Below, piece by piece: positions 1 through 30,910 of a DNA stretch of 64,000 nucleotides. The notes below the pieces were generated by a model. That model saw nothing but the letters and a program-made list of their open reading frames with translations. It searched no databases and was not told the origin of the DNA. A program made the position numbers and the translations under genes. Source of the DNA: Callorhinchus milii (Eukaryota). The stretch lies in NCBI RefSeq assembly GCF_018977255.1, contig NW_024704742.1, positions 38,690,001 through 38,754,000 on the forward strand, read 5' to 3'. The number at the start of each line of letters is the position of its first letter. The stretch's first letter is position 1.

Positions 1-59
1 TTGCATTACAGGCATCTCTAGGTGGTAAACGTCCTGGAGAATATTTTAGACATCAACGT

Positions 60-560
60 ACAACAACAAAAAATTGCATTTATCTACTGCCTTTCATGTC
101 GGGAGGACGTTCCAAGGTACTGGACAATGAGGGCTTTGCACCCGAGCTGTGGGTTGGGATCAGAGAGAGTTAAAGGGAAAGTGGGGGTGGAGGACGGAAT
201 ATGACCTAAGGAATGATTGAAAAGGAAGGTCTTGAGATAGGCCTTGAAGGAGGCAATGGAGGGGGCAAGGTGGAGGGGCTCCAGGATGGAGTTCCAGAGA
301 TGGGAGCGGAAAGGCTGAAGGACTGACCGCCGTTAATGGAGCAGGCAAGGCGGGGGACGTGGAGCAGACCAGTGTCTATAAAGTGGAGGGGACAGACAGG
401 TTGGTGAAGTTTTAATAGGTCTCAGAGGTAATGAGAAGCAAGACCATGGAGGGCTTTAAAGGTGAGAATGAGGTTCTTGAACTCAATTCCTCTGGGGGAT
501 ACGGAGCCAGTGAAGCCGGGTGAGGATGGGGATGATCGGCTCACGAAGCTTAGTACCTTG
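60..560 (-). mobile_element. L2 LINE 3' fragment
   Basis: caacaac tail, shared L2 3' end, similarity to 54406-54900. Confidence 0.85.
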
Positions 561-3024
561 GAAGTCCAGCCAACATTGTCAAGTTCTTTAAGACATCATC
601 CCAATGTAAGTGTTAATTTTATAGTATTGTATAAAGACCTCTGTTCAGAAATTGCAACACAAGCAATTTTGCAGAGAAATTCCACCAGGGTCTAGATATA
701 CTCTAGTTGTGAAGCATTTCAGTGCATCCAGAATTTGTCTAATTCTTAAAAACAGAAATGCACTCTCAAAGTAAAGACTGAATTCAGGAATTTGCCAAAT
801 TATGGATGTTCGAAAATGCCTCATAAATGGAATAAATCTAGACTTGGAAGACATCCGTCCTGGTTTGCTGGGGGCAGAGTAGAGGGAGCTTCACTCTACC
901 ACTAGCTGTACTGTTTCTTACCTGGGAATCGATGATGGATGTCTGAAATGGGAAGACATCCATTTATTGGCAGTGACTTTTTTTTCAAACAAAGTATCAT
1001 ATTATTCATCCAAACACATGAATGATGAGCTACTGCATTGATCTTGGGCGAATTGCTTTGCTGGTTGTTAGTCAAGGTCACACAAGCTGTCACATGAGCC
1101 AAGTTGTCACTATTGTATTTCCAGCTGATGGAAGGAATGGTAATCGTATCTGACTGTAAGCTGCTGCTCTTTATCTCTTAGACTTAGTGATGTTATCACA
1201 TATCATAGATACCTCAGCTGTTGCCATCTGCTGACTCTAAGGATCAAATTACCTTGGAGATGGATTCAGGGTGTTTTGCAAAGTAACACTGTTCAGCCCT
1301 GAGAGGCGTGAGTTTGTATCATGATAGGATCAGATATTTTTGACTCATCTGAGGTTACTGGGTACATGACACCTGTTCCAACAACAAGGCGGAACTCAGT
1401 GATGTTGCACAGGAACAGAGTACTTCGCTTTGAGGGAGGTGGAGAGAGATTTTAATAATAATACTCGGATTTGATATAGACCTCTATCACATCGTCAAAC
1501 CATTTCAAAGTACGACAATTCCAGTGGACCAGAAATTCACAGGTCCTGCTTGGTTGGTTGGTCATTGAACACTGCAAAAGAACATAAATGAAGTGGGTGG
1601 TGAGAAAAATAAACATATTATTAAAAGAGTGAAAGGCACATGGAACAAACAAGCAGCATGAGACATTAAATACATCTCCCTGGTGTCAGGACTTTCAACT
1701 CACAGCACCTCCAGGCTGATACCTCAATGTAGTGCTGGGATACAATTTCCATCTGTCTGTAATGGAGTATGCCTTCTGTCTCTGGAGGGATACAGCTGCT
1801 CACTAATCCTCCATTGCAGAGCAGCAACCTGGGCAAAGGTAGCACCTTTAGGAGAAGAGAGGAGATGATTGAAGGGGGAGAAACATCACAGACCTGAACA
1901 ATTCTGGAAATTCTCAACAGTTTGAAAGATAAGTTAAAGCTTCAAGCTTCTGTCACAAAACCGTCCTTGGGTTTGGGCAAGTTCTACCCGACTGTCTTAC
2001 TCAGCTCGGGCACCTGCATGGACAATATTAACACTACATTATTACACTACATTACATTATCAACATTAACCGAATTAACAGAACACATATGGTAGATTTT
2101 ACAGAGCATCTTTCATACAGAGACTGGCATGAGTTCTAGGTAGAGGTGATGATATTTCGGCTCCACATGATTGCTACCCTCGGAGAGGTCTCAGTTCCCA
2201 GAGCAGACTGACTCAGCACTCCCTGCCTGCAGACTGCTTACCCCACTGTTTTTCTCACATTCTCTTGTTTTGAGAACTCTTCCCTCTCAGACTCTATTCC
2301 CTGACACCAAACAGAAGCATGAAAGACACAATAAAGAGAGAATATTGATAAGATTAAGTATTAATTGCTGGAGCTTAGCCCTGAAGCCAGGAGTACATTA
2401 ATCAGAGTTTCAGTCAGGGAGGACACAATGATTTCCCTGACCTTCCTCTGGTCGGGCAGATAGGTGAGGTATCTATGAGGAAGTTCAATCAGAGTTAATT
2501 GCTGTTTGCTGTGATATTAAAACTTTTTTTTTTGCTCAGTCGGGTGTCTGACACATGCGGAAACCCATCACCAAACTTAAGAATATCCAAACCAAACAGA
2601 ATTCCATGGAAATTCCAGATAGATTGTTGGAATGGAATGCCAACCCTCTCCCTGGAAGGACATATCCTGCTTACCTAATTCTGAAAATTATTAGGCGCAG
2701 GTTGACAATAGCCAGTGTTTGGGGACCCCAGAAGTCTAACCAGCTAAAACTGCACAGCTTGCCATTCATAGCACTGCCTGGCAAACTTTCCCATTGCTTG
2801 TCCAGCTAGGACCATCCTCCACGTTAGGGCTTTGGCTTGCAGGGTTAACAGGAGCTAAATATGATGACTCCCTGCCCCCAGTGACTGTCTGCTCTTCCAA
2901 GTCCTGCTAATGAACCAGGCTTGCTGTACTGTCATCAGCAGTGCCTGGAATACTGTGGACGTGCCTGGCTCAGGAACCGGACGACTGAAACCACCACAGA
3001 GATCTGGCTCAATTCTGAAATTCC

Positions 3025-3895
3025 TGTCTGTCAGACATCAAGTTCTGGATGCGAGCTAACTTTCTTCAATTGAACGTCAACAAGACCGAGACTCTACTGA
3101 CTGACTCACGTCTGCGCCTCCTCACCTTAGGCGCTGACAGCATCATCATCCGTGGATACACACTTCACCTTACTAAGCCAGTCTGGAACCTTGGGGTCTT
3201 TATTGACCCTCACTATCCTTTCTACCCCACATCTGCGCCATGATCCGCTCTGCCTTCCCCCACCTCTGCAACGTTGCCCGGCTCCAACACTGTCTCACAC
3301 CACAGGCCACCGAAACCCTCATACACGCATTCATAACATCGAGGCTGGACTATGCAAACTCACTGCTTGTCGGCCTCACCAACTCCTCCCTCCACAGGCT
3401 GCAGATCATCCAGAAGTCTGCAGCCCGTGTCCTCTCCTGCACTGGGCTCCGCGACCCTATCCCCCCAGATTTACCCAAATCCACTGGCGTCCCATCACAC
3501 AGAGGATAAGCTCAAGATCCTGGTCCTCACCTTCAAAGCCCTCCATGGTCTTGCTCCCTCCTACCTCTCCGACCTCCTAACCCCTTACCACCCTGTTCAC
3601 TCCCTCCGCTCAGCAGGCTCCAGCCTGCTTCACTATTGGCAGGCGGGCCTTCTACCACTCTGTACTCACCCTTTGGAACTCCATCCCGCAGTCCCTCCAT
3701 CTCACCCCCTCCCTCGCCATCTTCAAGACCCACCTCAAGACCCTCCTCTTCGACCGTGCTTTCGATCTTCCTGATTCCCCCCCGCCCTCTCCCATCCTGA
3801 TTCTCAGCTTGGGTTCCTAACTCTGTCCAGCGCTTTGCGATGTCCTCCCGACGTGAAAGGCGCTCTACAAATGTAATTTTGTTGTTGTTTTGTTG
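3025..3895 (+). mobile_element. L2 LINE 3' fragment, frameshifted
   Basis: NFLQLNVNKTE, TLIHAFITSRLDYANSLL and [16 protein letters not shown] in shifting frames; same 3' hairpin and TTG tail. Confidence 0.92.
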
Positions 3896-4378
3896 TATGC
3901 TAGGGTATGAATGAATTGTTCCAAAAATGCCAAAGGCTCGAGTTATGTAATGTATATTGTTCAGAGTCTGGCACCATCATGACAATAGGATCAGTTAAAA
4001 TCGGGTGATCTAGTTGATACATGCGAGTACAATGGACACATTGGAGTCTAATTTGCAAGTTGTGCAAATGTATGTGTAAAGAGGCAATTACAGATACCTG
4101 TAATTATGAAGTTAGCCAATAAAAGGATTACAGGCTCACTGGTTGTTCACCATACAATTAAGGTCAGCTTTATTTCTCTCATTACCTATGTTTGCAAATG
4201 GTTAACACAACCTGTAACATTTGCACATGGTTAACCCAACCTGCAACTTTTCCCACATGGGATGTTAACGCTACCTGTAACTTATACTTGTTTCTTGAAG
4301 TTGAAGTGCGATGAGAGAAAGGGCTGATATTTTGGGAGATCTGTGAATGTAACCAGTCACTGAACTTAAAGTTCATGT

Positions 4379-4384
4379 TTTATT
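4379..4384 (-). terminator. Candidate ETNPPL polyadenylation signal AATAAA (second candidate 4169-4174)
   Basis: AATAAA on the minus strand about 1.3 kb past the stop, in AT-rich UTR-like sequence; no transcript evidence. Confidence 0.4.
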
Positions 4385-5717
4385 GCTTATATGTACAAAT
4401 GATGAAAGAAAAGAATTTACAAGTATTTTTTACCATAGTATAGCACCATGTCAAGAAAATATACACCAAGTTGAAAACAAATGTTATTTCCATCAAGAAT
4501 GAACAGACGGAAATAAAAGTACAATGAGAAACTACTAATCTGAATTGAGGTGAACAGTTCAATCTGTATGTAAAATTATTTCATGTGTAGCACTTTTTGT
4601 TCTGAATTACAATAAGACAGTACAGTACTCTGGAATTAAACCACACTCTACAAACTGAATTATTTCAAGTTTCTCTGACTAGATTTCCCACAGTTAAGGG
4701 AATAAACCACATCCTGCAGCAATATCTTAATAGTTGATGTTACAGTAATCCTAAAGGAGGTAGTTGAGACATTTAACACTAATGCTGACAATTGTTAATG
4801 TGCATAGGGTCCAGCTGACTTGACTGTTCACTAACACCACCGCGGGGAGGTGGGGGAGTGAGGCCAGAAGAGAGTGTAAATGGTTGTCCAGTTACCTCTT
4901 ATGTTACCTCATATTCCTTAATAATCCATACATTTTCACATCCTTACATGAAAGGTTCAACGCCTTTCAAGACTTCCCAAAGCACTTCACTGCATTGAGT
5001 GACTACGTTTTGTGGGCAAACAAATAATAACAACAAATTGCATTTATATAGCCTTTTACATTAGGAGGATGTCCCAAGGAGCTGGATAGTCGAGTTTTGT
5101 ACCCAAGATGGGGGGTCAGTTTTGGGAGGGGAGGGGCAAGGGGATTGGAGTGGAGAAAGATGACTTAAGCTGTAGTCAAAAAGGAAGATGCTGAGACAAA
5201 CTTGAAGGAAGTTAGTGAAGGGAATCCGGGATGGAATTCCAAAGGGTGGGGGCAGGAAAGGTGAAGCCCCAACCACCGATGGTGGGACAGGCAGGGCGGG
5301 GGACGTGAAGCAGGCCAGTGCCCTCAAAAACTGCAGTGGAAAAGAGCTTTCACCAATGCGTTTGTACAATAATGTTAGTTATGTGCGATGGAGAGGAGTG
5401 GGATAAGATGCCTCAAATGGACAGCTGTGCACCACTAGATAGCACAGTGCAGGTCCAGAAACACTGGCTAAGAGCCTTGTGTGGGGTGGGAAAAGGGCTA
5501 TGTTGTACTGTGCAAGGAACTGAAACTCCAGCTCAGGGCTTTGTGTCGGGATGGGGGAAGGGTTGGGCTGAGGTGATGATTAATAGCAAAAGTTCCCTTC
5601 ACCATTGCTAGCACGTGGCTAATACTTCTTCCTTGCCCACCATTAACAGTGGCAAAGTTGAATTTTTTTGTGAAACAGCCCCTTTTAAGAAAGGAATCCC
5701 ATTCAATTTAGCAGTCT

Positions 5718-25736
<20,019 letters not shown>

Positions 25737-25933
25737 AGCGAGTGGCTGCACAACAACAACAACAACAACAACCACAACCACCTGCTGTTACAGTGTAAAA
25801 CCCTGGGCTTGAGTATTTTTCTTTTTTCTTCTAAAACTGAGATTGCTTTATGTCTTCGAACAGAGGCTGGGATCTGGCTGTCAGAGCTGCTTTGTTGCTG
25901 TCTGTATCTGTCTCTCTGCCTGTGATATCTGTG

Positions 25934-26682
25934 CAGCTCCTCTCTGCTCTCACTGTGTAACTCAGCTCCTCTCTGCTCTCACTGTGTAACTCAGCTCCTC
26001 TCTGCTCTCACTGTGTAACTCAGCTCCTCTCTGCTCTCACTGTGTAACTCAGTTCCTCTCTGCTCTCACTGTGTAACTCAGCTCCTCTCTGCTCTCACTG
26101 TGTAACTGAGCTCCTCTCTGCTCTCACTGTGTAACTGAGCTCCTCTCTGCTCTGCTCTCACTGTGTAACTGAGCTCCTCTCTGCTCTCACTGTGTAACTC
26201 AGCTCCTCTCTGCTCTGCTCTCACTGTGTAACTCAGCTCCTCTCTGCTCTCACTGTGTAACTCAGCTCCTCTCTGCTCTCACTGTGTAACTCAGCTCCTC
26301 TCTGCTCTCACTGTGTAACTCAGCTCCTCTCTGCTCTCACTGTGTAACTCAGCTCCTCTCTGCTCTCACTGTATGACTCAGCTCCTCTCTGCTCTCACTG
26401 CGTAACTGAGCTCCTCTCTGCTCTCACTGTATAACTGAGCTCCTCTCTGCTCTGCTCTCACTGTGTAACTGAGCTCCTCTCTGCTCTCACTGTATAACTG
26501 AGCTCCTCTCTGCTCTCACTGTATAAATGAGCTCCTCTCTGCTCTCACTGTGTAACTGAGCTCCTCTCTGCTCTCACTCTGTAACTGAGCTCCTCTCTGC
26601 TCTCACTGTGTAACTGAGCTCCTCTCTGCTCTCACTGTATGACTCAGCTCCTCTCTGCTCTCACTGTATAACTGAGCTCCTC
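25934..26682. repeat. Minisatellite, 29-bp unit CAGCTCCTCTCTGCTCTCACTGTGTAACT, about 25 copies
   Basis: Period 29 read directly; a few 34-bp variants with an extra TCTGC. Confidence 0.97.
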
Positions 26683-26689
26683 GCTGACT

Positions 26690-26726
26690 CTTATATAAGG
26701 GATGTAGGCACTTACCCATCACGTGC
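26690..26726 (-). promoter_or_regulatory. Candidate ETNPPL core promoter: TATATAA (26697-26691) with upstream CACGTG E-box (26720-26725)
   Basis: Motifs seen directly; no ATG on the minus strand between this box and the start codon at 25736. Confidence 0.5.
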
Positions 26727-28038
26727 TGGGTATCAGGCTCTAAGGTTATGTCCTACCATTAAACCCGAGTACGCTGATCTCTCTACTTCGAAATCATTGC
26801 AAGGCCATATCCCTCTCTGTCTTCCAGCTTGGCTCGAAAGTTGAGTCACCAGAGCTCCATTACTGCAAGATTTCATGCAATAAATGCCCATGTTGGAAGC
26901 TGTCATATTTATGTGGAAATCGTTATTAGAACAGCTACCAACTGCAGCTACACTCACTTTCCACTGATACTAATATCCTGAAATCAATAATAATAATCAT
27001 TGCATTTGATATAGCGCCTTATCACGTCTTCGAGACGTCTCAAAGCGCTTCACAGAACATACTGTAAAGTGAATTGACTATATTTTGTGGGGGAGATGAA
27101 TGAAATGAATGAAATCTATTAATGAAATTGATATTTAAACATAGAAGTATTTCAATTTCACGTTTTTATGTGTCAATTGTTGAAGTCATATTGCGTGAAA
27201 AAGTATTACTGTTTTGATGTATTTCATGCAATAGTGCAACATTTCATTTCAACATTCTCAGGCTCTGGAAACTAAAATGCAGTATTCAAAAACTGGATTT
27301 GTTGTATTAATTCTGACTTAATTTTGTGCTCGGAAATATTGGCGGGAGAAATTCGAAGCGAGATTTACGAATCTCAAATCCTGAAGTCCAAAAAAGACAG
27401 AGAGCAGGATATCTGGTGAGCAAAGCACTAGCCTTTTTCCACTGTAGCTTTTTACTTATAATTTTGAAATACAGAAAACAAACAAAATAACAAAATTACA
27501 TTTGTATAGCGCCCTTCACGTCAGGAGGATGTCCCAAGGCGCTGGACAAAACAGTGCTTGTTGGACACTATTGGAAGACAAATTTCCTACAATACATATC
27601 AAGAATCATTATATTGGCAAATGTGCAGAGGGTTGCATACCTGGGCAAAATTTTTGTAATCATCATAAAATATAATAATAATAATTTGATCACTCAATCC
27701 ACGACTGTTTGTGGGACACTGCTGTGCGCAATTCGCTGCTGTGTTTCTCCCACAAAATATGCAGCCAATTCACTTTACAATATATTCTGTGAAGTGCTTT
27801 GAGACGTCTCGAAGACGTGATAAGGCGCTATATGAAATGGTTCTGGCAAAACCACTTAGTCTGCCTCAGTTGGTAGCACTCATGCCTCTGAGGCAGAAGA
27901 TTGTCAGTTCACTGAAGGTTTGCCATCAATAATAATGACAAGGCAAACAAAAATGCTGTAAATTGGAAACATTTCACGCACAAGGATCCTTTGATCCTGG
28001 CATTGCAAGCTTTCACTCAGTAAAAACATTCTATAAAC

Positions 28039-28132
28039 AAAACGCAAAATACTGCAGATGCTGGAAATCTGAAACAAGAGCAGAAGTCGCTGCCTGACCT
28101 GTTGAGTGTTCCCAGTGACTTCTGTTTTTATT
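28039..28132. mobile_element. Same palindromic family, centre deleted, 16-bp TSD
   Basis: TSD AAAACATTCTATAAAC at 28023-28038 and 28133-28148. Confidence 0.85.
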
Positions 28133-28554
28133 AAAACATTCTATAAACCCAGTTAGAATCAAATAATAGAGGGAAGAAATTTTGCTTGTCAATTTAATTT
28201 TGCTGAAAGTTTAAATGTAAATGTGCAAAATGTTTTCTCGATTTACAGTATTAACTTAAGTTTCAAGGGCATTTAGCTAGAAATTGAAAGAAATTAATTC
28301 TAACCTTGTACAGATTGCTGTTAAGGCCATTTTTGGAATTCTCTGTGCAGTTTTCTGCACTCTACCTATAAAAGGACATTGGTGAGGTAGAGAGGAGGGT
28401 GACAAGACTGAGAGTCTTGAAAAGCTGAACTTTCTAAGTGACGCCAATGTATTTTTTGATAAGTGTGACAGCTAATTTGAGAACCGAATATAGCCATGAA
28501 ATAGACAACCAATTTGTTTGGAGGATTGATGGCTTGGGCACAGGGCGAGTCTAC

Positions 28555-28798
28555 TGTCCTGGCCCCACCATTGGAGGGCGCACTTTCAGCCACTATGCCC
28601 CAAAACTCTGGAACACTCTCCCTCAATCCCTCCACCTTGCCCCCTCCCTCCTCTCTTTCAAGTCCCACTTGAAACCTTGCCTCTTCGACCGTGCTTACGG
28701 CCATCTCCCCCCTCCTGCTGGCTCCACCACTGTTAGGCTCTCTGAGATGGTACCCTGCATGGAGAACGCTTTATAAGTGCAAGCTGTTGTTGTTTTTG
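28555..28798 (+). mobile_element. Short L2 3' fragment
   Basis: PTIGGRTFSHYAPKLWNTLP...FKSHLKPCLFDRAY. Confidence 0.85.
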
Positions 28799-28961
28799 GT
28801 GTGTATGTGTAAGTATTGTCTCTCAATCCATTTTAAACTTATAATATCTCTTTTCAAGAGCTCTAACTTGTCAAATCATTGCTCATAAATCATTCCTCTA
28901 ACAATAGGGATTGTTCTTGTTTCTCTCCTCTGCCTCTTGGGAGGGACTGAGTGACTCCCTT

Positions 28962-29736
28962 ATAATAATAATAATAATAATCCTTGCATTTGATATAGCG
29001 TTTTTCAGGTCTTCTAGATGTCCCAAAGCGCTTCACAGAATATACTGTAAAGTGAATTGACTGTACATTTGTGGGCAAACGCGGCAGCCAATTGGGACGT
29101 CCTCCCGACGTGAAAAGCGCTATATCAAATGCAAGGATTATTATTATTATTAAGTGGAGTCCTGTAGAGTATTGGTTAAAGCATTGCCTTAAAAACGAGA
29201 GGACCTGGGTTTGATTCCCAGCAGGGCAAAACGTTAGGCAAGTTTCCTTATTCCGTTTACCTAGCAGTAAGTAGGAACTCAGTTGTTAGTCAAATGGCAG
29301 ATCACTTTTCCCGGGGTAATGATCCTTTAAAAGAAAATTTGGTCACTCAATCCACGACTGTTTGTGGGATACTGCTATGCGCAATTGGCTGCTGCGTTTT
29401 GCCCACAGAATATAATAATAATAATAATCCTTGCATTTGATATAGCGCTTTTCATGTCGGGAGGAAGCCCCAAAGCGCTTCACAGAACACACTGTAAAGT
29501 GAATTGACTGTATATTTGTGGGCGAACGCGGCAGCCAATTGCGCACAGCAATGTCACACAAACAGTCGTAGATTGAAAATGACCAATTTAATTATTGTTT
29601 TTGTTTTTTGGAGGGATTATTATTAGGCGTGTGGAGTAAGGAAACTTGCCCAAGGTTTCGCCCTGCCTGGAATTGAACTCTCTCGCTTGCAAAACGAGTG
29701 TTCTAACCACTGAGCTACAGGACTCCACATTATTAA

Positions 29737-29785
<49 letters not shown>

Positions 29786-29786
29786 A
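28962..29786. mobile_element. Cluster of four family A SINE pieces in alternating orientation (-,+,+,-) plus (TTA)n
   Basis: 28962-29092(-), 29093-29151(+), 29154-29411(+), 29412-29729(-). Confidence 0.9.
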
Positions 29787-30342
29787 TTGAAATCCACTCT
29801 GAAAAGTATCATAATAATGGAATACTGTGGACCTGCCTGGCTCAGGAACTGGATGATCGAGATCCCCACACAGGGTGGGCTCGATTCAGATATTCCTTTG
29901 CCAAACTTTTCATGTTTGGCAGATTGTTGCTTTTCATGTTATGTCACACTAGCCCAAGGGAGAATGTGTTATGAAACATCACTTTTTCCACGCCATAAAC
30001 AACAAATTTCTCTGACAAGCCAAGCCTTCGGGTATTCTAACACGGTAATAATTTCAGACAAGGCTACGCTAAGACTCCCATTGTTTTGATACACGGAGTT
30101 ATTATAAAGCACATTTACTTTGTGCATGCTGTGGTCTATGAGCTCCCTCTGTTGGATGCTATGAGTACACTAATAAAAGGAAGGTTTTTTTGGAGTAGTG
30201 CGGAACATGGGAAATCGATTTCAGGCCTATCTGAGGTTAACGCCCGTTAATTACACAAAAGTCTCTGGTATATTAATGGTGACTCTCTGTTCTTGGTAAA
30301 TTTATTAAAATCGCCTCTCCTGAAGGGCATCGCTCTTTGCTT

Positions 30343-30910
30343 GCTCCACTGGCTCCCTATCGCAGCTCCACTGGCTCCTTATCGCAGGCTCCACTGGCTC
30401 CCTATCGCAGGCTCCACTGCCTCCCTATCATGGGCTCCACTGGCTCCCTATGGCAGGCACCACTGGCTCCCTATGGCAGGCACCACTGGCTCTCTATGGC
30501 AGGCACCACTGGCTCCCTATCGCTGAATGGATAAATTTCAAGATCCTCACACTCGTTTTCAAATCCCTTCATGCCCTGGCATCTTGATACCTCTCCGACC
30601 TGCTTACCCCCTCCCAACCTACAACTTGCTGTCTCTGCTCAACTGTCTAGGCATGTCCCTCGTGCCCTCCACTCCACCATTGGTGGCCCTGCTTTCAGCC
30701 ACTACACCCTGAAACTGTGGAACGCTCTTCCTCTCTCCCTCCGCCATTCCCCCATTTCAAATTGCACCTGAAGATTTTCCTCTTTGACTGTGCCTATGTC
30801 ATCTCCCCCACCCCTTGGCTCGGCATTGATCTCCACCATTGTCAAGTGCTCTGGGATGCTCCCCCGCGTGAGGGGCGCAACATAAACAGAAGTTGTTGTT
30901 ATTGTTGTGT
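30343..30910 (+). mobile_element. L2 3' fragment with eight ~23-bp tandem repeats at its 5' end
   Basis: CCACTGGCTCCCTAT repeats 30343-30522, then continuous L2 sequence to a TTG tail. Confidence 0.88.

Noticed and set aside
25934..26682. 29-bp repeat array as a CRISPR array
   Set aside because: Units are contiguous with no unique spacers, and the context is a vertebrate gene with no cas genes
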